A stretch of DNA of 64,000 bases from NCBI GenBank assembly GCA_964016885.1, contig OZ024740.1, positions 267,778,001-267,842,000 of the forward strand, read 5' to 3'. Shown here piece after piece: positions 50,901 through 64,000 of this stretch. Source of the stretch: Eledone cirrhosa. Its lineage: Eukaryota. The position numbers were made by a program, and so were the translations under genes. Under the pieces are notes generated by a model that saw nothing but the letters and a program-made list of their open reading frames with translations, made no database searches and was not told where the DNA came from. Positions within the stretch are counted from its first letter, which is position 1. Each line of letters begins with the position of its first letter.

Positions 50901-53900
50901 CACAACAACAGCACGAGACAACCACTAATACCACACAACAACAGAAGGAGACAACCACTAACACCACACAACAACAGAACGAGACAACCACTAATACCAC
51001 ACAACAACAGAACGAGACAACCACTAATACCACACAACAACAGAACGAGACAACCACTAATATCATACAACAACAGAACTGGTCAACCACTAATACCACA
51101 CAACAACAGAACGAGACAACCACTAATACCACAAAAACAGAAGGAATCAACCACTAATACCATACAACAACAGAACGAGACAACCACTATCACCACACAA
51201 CAACAGAACGAGACAACCACTAATACCACACAACAACAGAACGAGACAACCACTAATACCACACAACAACAGAACGAGACAACCACTAATACCACACAAC
51301 AACAGAACGAGACAACCACTAATACCAGACAACAACGGAACGAGACAACCACTAATACCACACAACAACAGAACGAGACAACCACTAATACCACACAACA
51401 ACAGAACGAGACAACCACTAATACCACACAACAACAGAACGAGACAACCACTAACACCACACAACAACAGAACGAGACAACCACTATTACCACACAACAA
51501 CAGAAGGAGACAACCACTAACACCACACAACAACAGAAGGAGACAACCACTAATACCACACAACAACAGAAGGAGACAACCACTAACACCACACAACAAC
51601 AGAACGAGACAACCACTAATACCACACAACAACAGAAGGAGACAACCACTAATACCACACAACAACAGAACGAGACAACCACTAATACCACACAACAACA
51701 GAACGAGACAACCACTAATACCACACAACAACAGAAGGAGACAACCACTAATACCACACAACAACATATGGAGACAACCACTAACACCACACAACAACAG
51801 AACGAGACAACCACTAATACCACACAACAACAGAACGAGACAACCACTAATACCACACAACAACAGAAGGAGACAACCACTAACACCACACAACAACAGA
51901 ACGAGACAACCACTAATACCACACAACAACAGAAGGAGACAACCACTAACACCACACAACAACAGAACGAGACAACCACTAATACCACACAACAACAGAA
52001 GGAGACAACCACTAATACCACACAACAACAGAAGGAGACAACCACTAGCACCACACAACAACAGAACGAGACAACCACTAATACCACACAACAACAGAAC
52101 GGGACAAACATTAATACCACACAACAACAGAACGAGACAACCACTAATACCACACAACAGAACGAGACAACCACTAATACGACACAACAACAGAACGAGA
52201 CAACCACTAATACCACACAACAACAGAAGGAGACAACCACTAACACCACACAACAACAGAACGAGACAACCACTAATAGAACACAACAACAGAAGGAGAC
52301 AACCACTAATACCACACAACAACAGAACGGGACAACCACTAATACTACACAATAACAGAACGAGACAACCACTAACACCACACAACAACAGAAGGAGACA
52401 ACCACTAATACCACACAACAACAGAACGAGACAAACACTAATACCACACAACAACAGAACGAGACAACCACTAATACCACACAACAACAGAAGGAGACAA
52501 CCACTAACACCACACAACTATAGGAGACAACCACTAATACCACACAACAACAGAAGGAGACAACCACTAACACCACACAACAACAGAACGAGACAACCAC
52601 TAATACCACACAACAACAGAACGAGACAACCACTAATACCACACAACAACAGAACGAGACAACCACTAATATCACACAACAACAGAACTGGTCAACCACT
52701 AATACCACACAACAACAGAACGAGACAACCACTAATACCACAAAAACAGAAGGAATCAACCACTAATACCATACAACAACAGAACGAGACAACCACTATC
52801 ACCACACAACAACAGAACGAGACAACCACTAATACCACACAACAACAGAACGAGACAACCACTAATACCACACAACAACAGAACGAGACAACCACTAATA
52901 CCACACAACAACAGAACGAGACAACCACTAATACCAGACAACAACGGAACGAGACAACCACTAATACCACACAACAACAGAACGAGACAACCACTAATAC
53001 CACACAACAACAGAACGAGACAACCACTAATACCCCACAACAACAGAACGAGACAACCACTAATACCACACAACAACAGAACGAGACAACCACTAATACC
53101 ACACAACAACGGAACGAGACAACCACTAATACCACACAACAACAGAACGAGACAACCACTAATACCACACAACAACAGAACGAGACAACCACTAATACCA
53201 CACAACAACAGAACGAGACAACCACTAATACCACACAACAACAGAACGAGACAACCACTAATACCACAGAACAACAGAACGAGACAACCACTAATACTAC
53301 ACAACAAAAGAACGAGACAATCACTAATACCACACAACAACAGAAGGAGACAACCACTAATACCACACAACAACAGAAGGAGACAACCACTAATACCACA
53401 CAACAACAGAACGAGACAACCACTAATACCACACAGCAACAGAACGAGACAACCACTAATACCACACAACAACAGAACGAGACAACCACTAACATCACAC
53501 AACAACAGAACGAGACAACCACTAATACCACACAACAACAGAACAAGACAAACCACTAATACCACACAACAACAGAAAGAGACAACCACTAACACCACAC
53601 AACAACAGAAGGAGACAACCACTAACACCACACCAGAACAGAACGAGAGGACTACTAATACCACACAACAACAGAAGGAGACAACCACTAATACCACACA
53701 ACAACAGAAGGAGACAACCACTAACACCACACAACAACAGAACGAGACAACCACTATTACCACACAACAACAGAAGGAGACAACCACTAACACCACACAA
53801 CAACAGAAGGAGACAACCACTAATACCACACAACAACAGAAGGAGACAACCACTAACACCACACAACAACAGAACGAGACAACCACTAATACCACACAAC

Positions 53901-56900
53901 AACAGAAGGAGACAACCACTAATACCACACAACAACAGAACCAGACAACCACTAATACCACACAACAACAGAACGAGACAACCACTAATACCACACAACA
54001 ACAGAAGGAGACAACCACTAATACCACACAACAACAGATGGAGACAACCACTAACACCACACAACAACAGAACGAGACAACGACTAATACCACACAACAA
54101 CAGAACGAGACAACCACTAATACCACACAACAACAGAAGGAGACAACCACTAACACCACACAACAACAGAACGAGACAACCACTAATACCACACAACAAC
54201 AGAAGGAGACAACCACTAACACCACACAACAACAGAACGAGACAACCACTAATACCACACAACAACAGAAGGAGACAACCACTAATACCACACAACAACA
54301 GAAGGAGACAACCACTAGCACCACACAACAACAGAACGAGACAACCACTAATACCACACAACAACAGAACGGGACAAACATTAATACCACACAACAACAG
54401 AACGAGACAACCACTAATACCACACAACAGAACGAGACAACCACTAATACCACACAACAACAGAAGGAGACAACCACTAACACCACACAACAACAGAACG
54501 AGACAACCACTAATAGAACACAACAACAGAAGGAGACAACCACTAATACCACACAACAACAGAACGGGACAACCACTAATACTACACAATAACAGAACGA
54601 GACAACCACTAACACCACACAACAACAGAAGGAGACAACCACTAATACCACACAACAACAGAACGAGACAAACACTAATACCACACAACAACAGAACGAG
54701 ACAACCACTAATACCACACAACAACAGAAGGAGACAACCACTAATACCACACAACAACAGAAGGAGACAACCACTAACACCACACAACTATAGGAGACAA
54801 CCACTAATACCACACAACAACAGAACGAGACAACCACTAATACCACACAACAACAGAACGAGACTACCACGAATATCACACAACAACAGAACGAGACAAC
54901 CACTAACACCACACAACAACAGAACGAGACAACCACTAATACCACACAACAATAGAACGAGACAACCACTAATACCACACAACTATAGGAGACAACCACT
55001 AATACCACACAACAACAGAACGAGACAACCACTAATACCACACAACAACAGAACGAGACAACCACTAATACCACACAACAACAGAACGAGACAACCACTA
55101 ATACCACACAACAACAGAACGAGACAACCACTAATACCACACAACAACAGAACGAGACAACCACTAACACGACACAACAACAGAACGAGACAACCACTAA
55201 TACCACACAACAACAGAAGGAGACAACCACTAATACCACACAACAACAGAACGAGACAACCACTAATACCACACAACAACAGAAGGAGACAACCACTAAC
55301 ACCACACAACAACAGAATGAGACGACTACTAATACCACACAACAACAGAAGGAAACAACCACTAATACCACACAACAACAGAAGGAGACAACCACTAACA
55401 CCACACAACAACAGAACGAGACAACCACTAATACCACACAACAACAGAAGGAGACAACCACTAACGCCACACAACAACAGAACGAGACAACCACTAATAC
55501 CACACAACAACAGAAGGAGACAACCACTAATACCACACAACAACAGAAGGAGACAACCACTAATACCACACAACAACAGAACGAGACAACCACTAATACC
55601 ACACAACAACAGAAGGAGACAACCACTAACACCACACAACAACAGAACGAGACAACCACTAATACCACACAACAACAGAACGAGACAACCACTAATACCA
55701 CACAACAACAGAACGAGACAACCACTAATATCACACAACAACAGAACTGGTCAACCACTAATACCACACAACAACAGAACGAGACAACCACTAATACCAC
55801 AAAAACAGAAGGAATCAACCACTAATACCATACAACAACAGAACGAGACAACCACTATCACCACACAACAACAGAACGAGACAACCACTAATACCACACA
55901 ACAACAGAACGAGACAACCACTAATACCACACAACAACAGAACGAGACAACCACTAATACCACACAACAACAGAACGAGACAACCACTAATACCAGACAA
56001 CAACGGAACGAGACAACCACTAATACCACACAACAACAGAACGAGACAACCACTAATACCACACAACAACAGAACGAGACAACCACTAATACCACACAAC
56101 AACAGAACGAGACAACCACTAATACCACACAACAACAGAACGAGACAACCACTAATACCACACAACAACGGAACGAGACAACCACTAATATCACACAACA
56201 ACAGAACGAGACAACCACTAATACCACACAACAACAGAACGAGACAACCACTAATACCACACAACAACAGAACGAGACAACCACTAATACCACACAACAA
56301 CAGAACGAGACAACCACTAATACCACAGAACAACAGAACGAGACAACCACTAATACTACACAACAAAAGAACGAGACAATCACTAATACCACACAACAAC
56401 AGAAGGAGACAACCACTAATACCACACAACAACAGAAGGAGACAACCACTAATACCACACAACAACAGAACGAGACAACCACTAATACCACACAGCAACA
56501 GAACGAGACAACCACTAATATCACACAACAACAGAACGAGACAACCACTAATACCACACAACAACAGAACAAGACAAACCACTAATACCACACAACAACA
56601 GAAAGAGACAACCACTAACACCACACAACAACAGAAGGAGACAACCACTAACACCACACAACAACAGAACGAGAGGACTACTAATACCACACAACAACAG
56701 AAGGAGACAACCACTAATACCACACAACAACAGAAGGAGACAACCACTAACACCACACAACAACAGAAGGAGACAACCACTAATACCACACAACAACAGA
56801 ACGAGACAACCACTAATACCACACAACAACAGAACGAGACAACCACTAATACCACACAACAACAGAAGGAGACAACCACTAATACCACACAACAACAGAT

Positions 56901-59900
56901 GGAGACAACCACTAACACCACACAACAACAGAACGAGACAACCACTAATACCACACAACAACAGAAGGAGACAACCACTAATACCACACAACAACAGAAC
57001 GAGACAACCACTAATACCACACAACAACAGAACGAGACAACCACTAATACCACACAACAACAGAAGGAGACAACCACTAATACCACACAACAACAGATGG
57101 AGACAACCACTAACACCACACAACAACAGAACGAGACAACCACTAATACCACACAACAACAGAACGAGACAACCACTAATACCACACAACAACAGAAGGA
57201 GACAACCACTAACACCACACAACAACAGAACGAGACAACCACTAATACCACACAACAACAGAAGGAGACAACCACTAACACCACACAACAACAGAACGAG
57301 ACAACCACTAATACCACACAACAACAGAAGGAGACAACCACTAATACCACACAACAACAGAAGGAGACAACCACTAGCACCACACAACAACAGAACGAGA
57401 CAACCACTAATACCACACAACAACAGAACGGGACAAACATTAATACCACACAACAACAGAACGAGACAACCACTAATACCACACAACAGAACGAGACAAC
57501 CACTAATACGACACAACAACAGAACGAGACAACCACTAATACCACACAACAACAGAAGGAGACAACCACTAACACCACACAACAACAGAACGAGACAACC
57601 ACTAATAGAACACAACAACAGAAGGAGACAACCACTAATACCACACAACAACAGAACGGGACAACCACTAATACTACACAACAACAGAACGAGACAACCA
57701 CTAACACCACACAACAACAGAAGGAGACAACCACTAATACCACACAACAACAGAACGAGACAAACACTAATACCACACAACAACAGAACGACACAACCAC
57801 TAATACCACACAACAACAGAAGGAGACAACCACTAATACCACACAACAACAGAAGGAGACAACCACTAACACCACACAATAACAGAACGAGACAACCACT
57901 AATATCACACAACAACAGAACGAGACAACCACTAATACCACACAACAACAGAACGAGACTACCACTAATATCACACAACAACAGAACTGGACAACCACTA
58001 ATACCACACAACAACAGAACGAGAGAACCACTAATACCACAAAAACAGAAGGAATCAACCACTAATACCACACAACAACAGAACGAGACAACCACTATCA
58101 CCACACAACAACAGAACGGGACAACCACTAATACCACACAACAACAGAACGAGACAACCACTAATACCACACAACTATAGGAGACAACCACTAATACCAC
58201 ACAACAACAGAACGAGACAACCACTAATACCACACAACAACAGAACGAGACAACCACTAATACCACACAACAACAGAACGAGACAACCACTAATACCACA
58301 CAACAACAGAACGAGACAACCACTAACACGACACAACAACAGAACGAGACAACCACTAATACCACACAACAACAGAAGGAGACAACCACTAATACCACAC
58401 AACAACAGAACGAGACAACCACTAATACCACACAACAACAGAAGGAGACAACCACTAACACCACACAACAACAGAATGAGACGACTACTAATACCACACA
58501 ACAACAGAAGGAAACAACCACTAATACCACACAACAACAGAAGGAGACAACCACTAACACCACACAACAACAGAACGAGACAACCACTAATACCACACAA
58601 CAACAGAAGGAGACAACCACTAACGCCACACAACAACAGAACGAGACAACCACTAATACCACACAACAACAGAAGGAGACAACCACTAATACCACACAAC
58701 AACAGAAGGAGACAACCACTAATACCACACAACAACAGAACGAGACAACCACTAATACCACACAACAACAGAAGGAGACAACCACTAACACCACACAACA
58801 ACAGAACGAGACAACCACTAATACCACACAACAACAGAACGAGACAACCACTAATACCACACAACAACAGAACGAGACAACCACTAATATCACACAACAA
58901 CAGAACTGGTCAACCACTAATACCACACAACAACAGAACGAGACAACCACTAATACCACAAAAACAGAAGGAATCAACCACTAATACCATACAACAACAG
59001 AACGAGACAACCACTATCACCACACAACAACAGAACGAGACAACCACTAATACCACACAACAACAGAACGAGACAACCACTAATACCACACAACAACAGA
59101 ACGAGACAACCACTAATACCACACAACAACAGAACGAGACAACCACTAATACCAGACAACAACAGAACGAGACAACCACTAATACCACACAACAACAGAA
59201 CGAGACAACCACTAATACCACACAACAACGGAATGAGACAACCACTAATACCACACAACAACAGAACGAGACAACCACTAATACCACACAACAACAGAAC
59301 GAGACAACCACTAATACCACACAACAACAGAACGAGACAACCACTAATACCACACAACAACAAAACGAGACAACCACTAATACCACAGAACAACAGAACG
59401 AGACAACCACTAATACTACACAACAAAAGAACGAGACAATCACTAATACCACACAACAACAGAACTGGACAACCACTAATACCACACAACAACAGAAGGA
59501 GACAACCACTAATACCACACAACAACAGAACGAGACAACCACTAATACCACACAGCAACAGAACGAGACAACCACTAATACCACACAACAACAGAACGAG
59601 ACAACCACTAATATCACACAACAACAGAACGAGACAACCACTAATACCACACAACAACAGAACAAGACAAACCACTAATACCACACAACAACAGAAAGAG
59701 ACAACCACTAACACCACACAACAACAGAAGGAGACAACCACTAACACCACACAACAACAGAACGAGAGGACTACTAATACCACACAACAACAGAAGGAGA
59801 CAACCACTAATACCACACAACAACAGAAGGAGACAACCACTAACACCACACAACAACAGAACGAGACAACCACTATTACCACACAACAACAGAAGGAGAC

Positions 59901-60119
59901 AACCACTAACACCACACAACAACAGAAGGAGACAACCACTAATACCACACAACAACAGAAGGAGACAACCACTAACACCACACAACAGAACGAGACAACC
60001 ACTAATACCACACAACAACAGAAGGAGACAACCACTAATACCACACAACAACAGAACGAGACAACCACTAATACCACACAACAACAGAACGAGACAACCA
60101 CTAATACCACACAACAACA

Positions 60120-63100
60120 GAAGGAGACAACCACTAATACCACACAACAACAGATGGAGACAACCACTAACACCACACAACAACAGAACGAGACAACCAC
60201 TAATACCACACAACAACAGAACGAGACAACCACTAATACCACACAACAACAGAAGGAGACAACCACTAACACCACACAACAACAGAACGAGACAACCACT
60301 AATACCACACAACAACAGAAGGAGACAACCACTAACACCACACAACAACAGAACGAGACAACCACTAATACCACACAACAACAGAAGGAGACAACCACTA
60401 ATACCACACAACAACAGAAGGAGACAACCACTAGCACCACACAACAACAGAACGAGACAACCACTAATACCACACAACAACAGAACGGGACAAACATTAA
60501 TACCACACAACAACAGAACGAGACAACCACTAATACCACACAACAGAACGAGACAACCACTAATACGACACAACAACAGAACGATACAAACAGTAATACC
60601 ACACAACAACAGAACGAGACAACCACTAATACCACACAACAACAGAACGAGACAACCACTAATACCACACAACAACAGAACGGGACAACCACTAATACCA
60701 CACCACAACAGAACGAGAGGACTACTAATACCACACAACAACAGAAGGAGACAACCACTAATACCACACAACAACAGAAGGAGACAACCACTAACACCAC
60801 ACAACAACAGAACGAGACAACCACTAATACCACACAACAACAGAAGGAGACAACCACTAACACCACACAACAACAGAAGGAGACAACCACTAATACCAAC
60901 AACAACAGAACGAGATAACCACTAATACCACACAACAACAGAACGAGACAACCACTAATACCACACAACAACAGAACGAGACAACCACTAATACCACACA
61001 ACAACAGAAGGAGACAACCACTAACACCACACAACAACAGAAGGAGACAACCACTAATACCACACAACAACAGAAGGAGACAACCACTAACACCACACAA
61101 CAACAGAAGGAGACAACCACTAATACCAACAACAACAGAACGAGATAACCACTAATACCACACAACAACAGAACGAGACAACCACTAATACCACACAACA
61201 ACAGAAGGAGACAACCACTAACACCACACAACAATAGAAGGAGACAACCACTAATACCACACAACAACAGAACGAGACAACCACTAATACCACACAACAA
61301 CAGAAGGAGACAACCACTAACACCACACAACAACAGAAGGAGACAACCACTAATACCACACAACAACAGAAGGAGACAACCACTAACACCACACAACAAC
61401 AGAAGGAGACAACCACTAATACCACACAACAACAGAACGAGACAACCACTAATACCACACAACAACAGAAGGAGACAACCACTAACACCACACAACAACA
61501 GAACGAGACAACCACTAATACCACACAACAACAGAAGTAGACAACCACTAACACCACACAACAACAGAACGAGACAACCACTAATACCACACAACAACAG
61601 AACGAGACAACCACTAATACCACACAACAACAGAAGGAGACAACCACTAACACCACACAACAACAGAACGAGACAACCACTAATACCACACAACAACAGA
61701 ACGGGACAAACATTAATACCACACAACAACAGAACGAGACAACCTCTAATACCACACAACAACAGAACGAGACAACCACTAATACCACACAACAACAGAA
61801 CGAGACAACCACTAATACCACACAACAACAGAAGGGGACAACCACTAACACCACACAACAACAGAACGAGACAACCACTAAAAACCACACAACAACAGAA
61901 CGAGACAACCACTAATACCACACAACAACAGAACGGGACAACAACTAATACCACACAACAACAGAAGGAGACAACCACTAATACCACACAACAACAGAAC
62001 GAGAAAACCACTAATACCACACAACAACAGAACGAGACAAACACTAATACCACACAACAACAGAACGAGACAACCACTAATACCACACAACAACAGAAGG
62101 AGACAACCACTAATACCACACAACAACAGAAGGAGACAACCACTAACACCACACAACAACAGAACGAGACAACCACTAATACCACACAACAACAGAACGA
62201 GACAACCACTAATACCACACAACAACAGAAGGAGACAACCACTAACACCACACAACAACAGAACGAGACAACCACTAATACCACACAACAACAGAAGGAG
62301 ACAACCACTAACACCACACAACAACAGAACGAGACAACCACTAATACCACACAACAACAGAACGGGCCAAACATTAATACCACACAACAACAGAACGAGA
62401 CAACCACTAATACCACACAACAGAACGAGACAACCACTAATACGACACAACAACAGAACGAGACAACCACTAATACCACACAACAACAGAAGGAGACAAC
62501 CACTAACACCACACAACAACAGAACGAGACAACCACTAATAGAACACAACAACAGAAGGAGACAACCACTAATACCACACAACAACAGAAGGAGACAACC
62601 ACTAATACCACACAACAACAGAAGGAGACAACCACTAACACCACACAACAACAGAACGAGACAACCACTAATATCACACAACAACAGAACGAGACAACCA
62701 CTAATACCACACAGCAACAGAACGAGACTACCACTAATATCACACAACAACAGAACTGGACAACCACTAATACCACACAACAACAGAAGGAGACAACCAC
62801 TAATACCACACAACAACAGATGGAGACAACCACTAACACCACACAACAACAGAACGAGACAACCACTAATACCACACAACAACAGAACGAGACAACCACT
62901 AATACCACACAACAACAGAAGGAGACAACCACTAACACCACACAACAACAGAACGAGACAACCACTAATACCACACAACAACAGAAGGAGACAACCACTA
63001 ACACCACACAACAACAGAACGAGACAACCACTAATACCACACAACAACAGAAGGAGACAACCACTAATACCACACAACAACAGAAGGAGACAACCACTAG

Positions 63101-64000
63101 CACCACACAACAACAGAACGAGACAACCACTAATACCACACAACAACAGAACGGGACAAACATTAATACCACACAACAACAGAACGAGACAACCACTAAT
63201 ACCACACAACAGAACGAGACAACCACTAATACGACACAACAACAGAACGATACAAACAGTAATACCACACAACAACAGAACGAGACAACCACTAATACCA
63301 CACAACAACAGAACGAGACAACCACTAATACCACACAACAACAGAACGGGACAACCACTAATACCACACCACAACAGAACGAGAGGACTACTAATACCAC
63401 ACAACAACAGAAGGAGACAACCACTAATACCACACAACAACAGAAGGAGACAACCACTAACACCACACAACAACAGAACGAGACAACCACTAATACCACA
63501 CAACAACAGAAGGAGACAACCACTAACACCACACAACAACAGAAGGAGACAACCACTAATACCAACAACAACAGAACGAGATAACCACTAATACCACACA
63601 ACAACAGAACGAGACAACCACTAATACCACACAACAACAGAACGAGACAACCACTAATACCACACAACAACAGAAGGAGACAACCACTAACACCACACAA
63701 CAACAGAAGGAGACAACCACTAATACCACACAACAACAGAAGGAGACAACCACTAACACCACACAACAACAGAAGGAGACAACCACTAATACCAACAACA
63801 ACAGAACGAGATAACCACTAACACCACACAACAACAGAACGAGACAACCACTAATACCACACAACAACAGAAGGAGACAACCACTAACACCACACAACAA
63901 TAGAAGGAGACAACCACTAATACCACACAACAACAGAACGAGACAACCACTAATACCACACAACAACAGAAGGAGACAACCACTAACACCACACAACAAC
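60120..64000. repeat. Duplication, offset 2666 bp (~60120-61335 vs ~62785-64000, running off the window)
   Basis: ATGGAG at 60154/62820, GATACAAACAGT at ~60583/63249, and 32-bp ACCAACAACAAC monomers at ~60890/63556 and ~61120/63786. Confidence 0.9.

Larger units (their letters stand above)
26790..56030. repeat. Large tandem higher-order duplication: ~26790-39010 (~12.2 kb) vs ~39010-56030 (~17.0 kb after internal gains)
   Basis: Collinear offsets: 12217 (27419/39636), 12679 (27920/40599), 12712 (28707/41419, 29470/42182, 31810/44522, 33650/46362), then 16999 (34151/51150), 17065 (35694/52759) and 17032 (38786/55818). Confidence 0.92.
1..64000. repeat. 33-bp tandem satellite/minisatellite array, ~1,940 head-to-tail monomers, open at both window edges
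   Basis: The consensus ACCACTAATACCACACAACAACAGAACGAGACA recurs every 33 bp from base 1 to 64000, with no inversion or non-repeat insert seen. Most monomers differ from it by 0-2 substitutions; the commonest are AAC>AAG and AAT>AAC. Consensus composition is A17 C11 G3 T2. Confidence 0.99.

Noticed and set aside
2256-63584. Plus-strand ORFs (e.g. 5621..10354, 11725..18246, 20793..24311) as CDS
   Set aside because: Their ATGs come from variant monomers, the peptides switch frame at indel monomers, and there is no N- or C-terminal unique sequence. They are kept only as hypotheses in the findings.
1106-63999. Minus-strand Cys/Leu/Val-rich ORFs (up to 1031 aa) as membrane or Cys-rich proteins
   Set aside because: They are pure translations of the monomer in two overlapping frames, with no unique domain. 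Starts are mostly TTG/GTG inside repeats, and stops coincide with point variants.
1-64000. CRISPR array (the repeat length falls in the CRISPR range)
   Set aside because: Monomers abut directly with no unique spacers, leader, hairpin or cas genes.
1-64000. Telomerase-made long telomeric repeat (GT-rich strand with TGTGGTGT, superficially like budding-yeast long repeats)
   Set aside because: Ordered variants copied in multi-kb blocks indicate recombination or replication-based amplification, not fresh templated addition. The resemblance is only a few low-complexity bases.
1-64000. G-quadruplex or nucleosome-phasing function (two GG per monomer on the - strand; 5 monomers = 165 bp)
   Set aside because: The consensus has no G-tracts of three or more, and no consistent 5-monomer periodicity of variants is evident.
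1-64000. AAC/AAG and AAT/AAC variants as a deliberate binary code or diversity-generating cassette system
   Set aside because: The interspersion pattern is inherited in duplicated blocks, as in ordinary minisatellite variant repeats. No recombinase, reverse transcriptase or target gene is present in the window.
1-64000. Whole array as a sequencing or assembly artefact
   Set aside because: Variants are substitution-dominated, recur in consistent order and nest logically, which is unlike random read error. Individual near-identical block copies could still be assembly duplications.

Overview
The whole 64 kb window is one uninterrupted, single-orientation tandem array of a 33-bp monomer (consensus ACCACTAATACCACACAACAACAGAACGAGACA). 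There are about 1,940 copies by length (64000/33), and the array runs off both ends of the window. I see no unique sequence, recognisable gene, RNA gene, transposon or CRISPR spacer. Every ORF in the track is a by-product of a monomer whose length is divisible by 3 and whose consensus has no stop in 4 of 6 frames. The information lies in the variant monomers. Read as markers, they show nested higher-order repeats: a ~0.9-1.1 kb module, a ~2.34 kb spacing, and block duplications at offsets of 1815, 2666, 4287, 5900/6065, 6104 and ~12.2-12.7/17.0 kb. They also show two variant sub-families, rare variants shared by the two window ends, and a mutation hotspot at the single CpG. One + frame reads as a mucin-like peptide (TTNTTQQQNET) with two N-glycosylation sequons per unit, but it is broken by many amplified stops and frameshifts. 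The most economical reading is a eukaryotic satellite or giant minisatellite. The organism cannot be identified, and a new gene system is not supported by the sequence. Duplication boundaries were placed by eye and are good to about 1-3 monomers.
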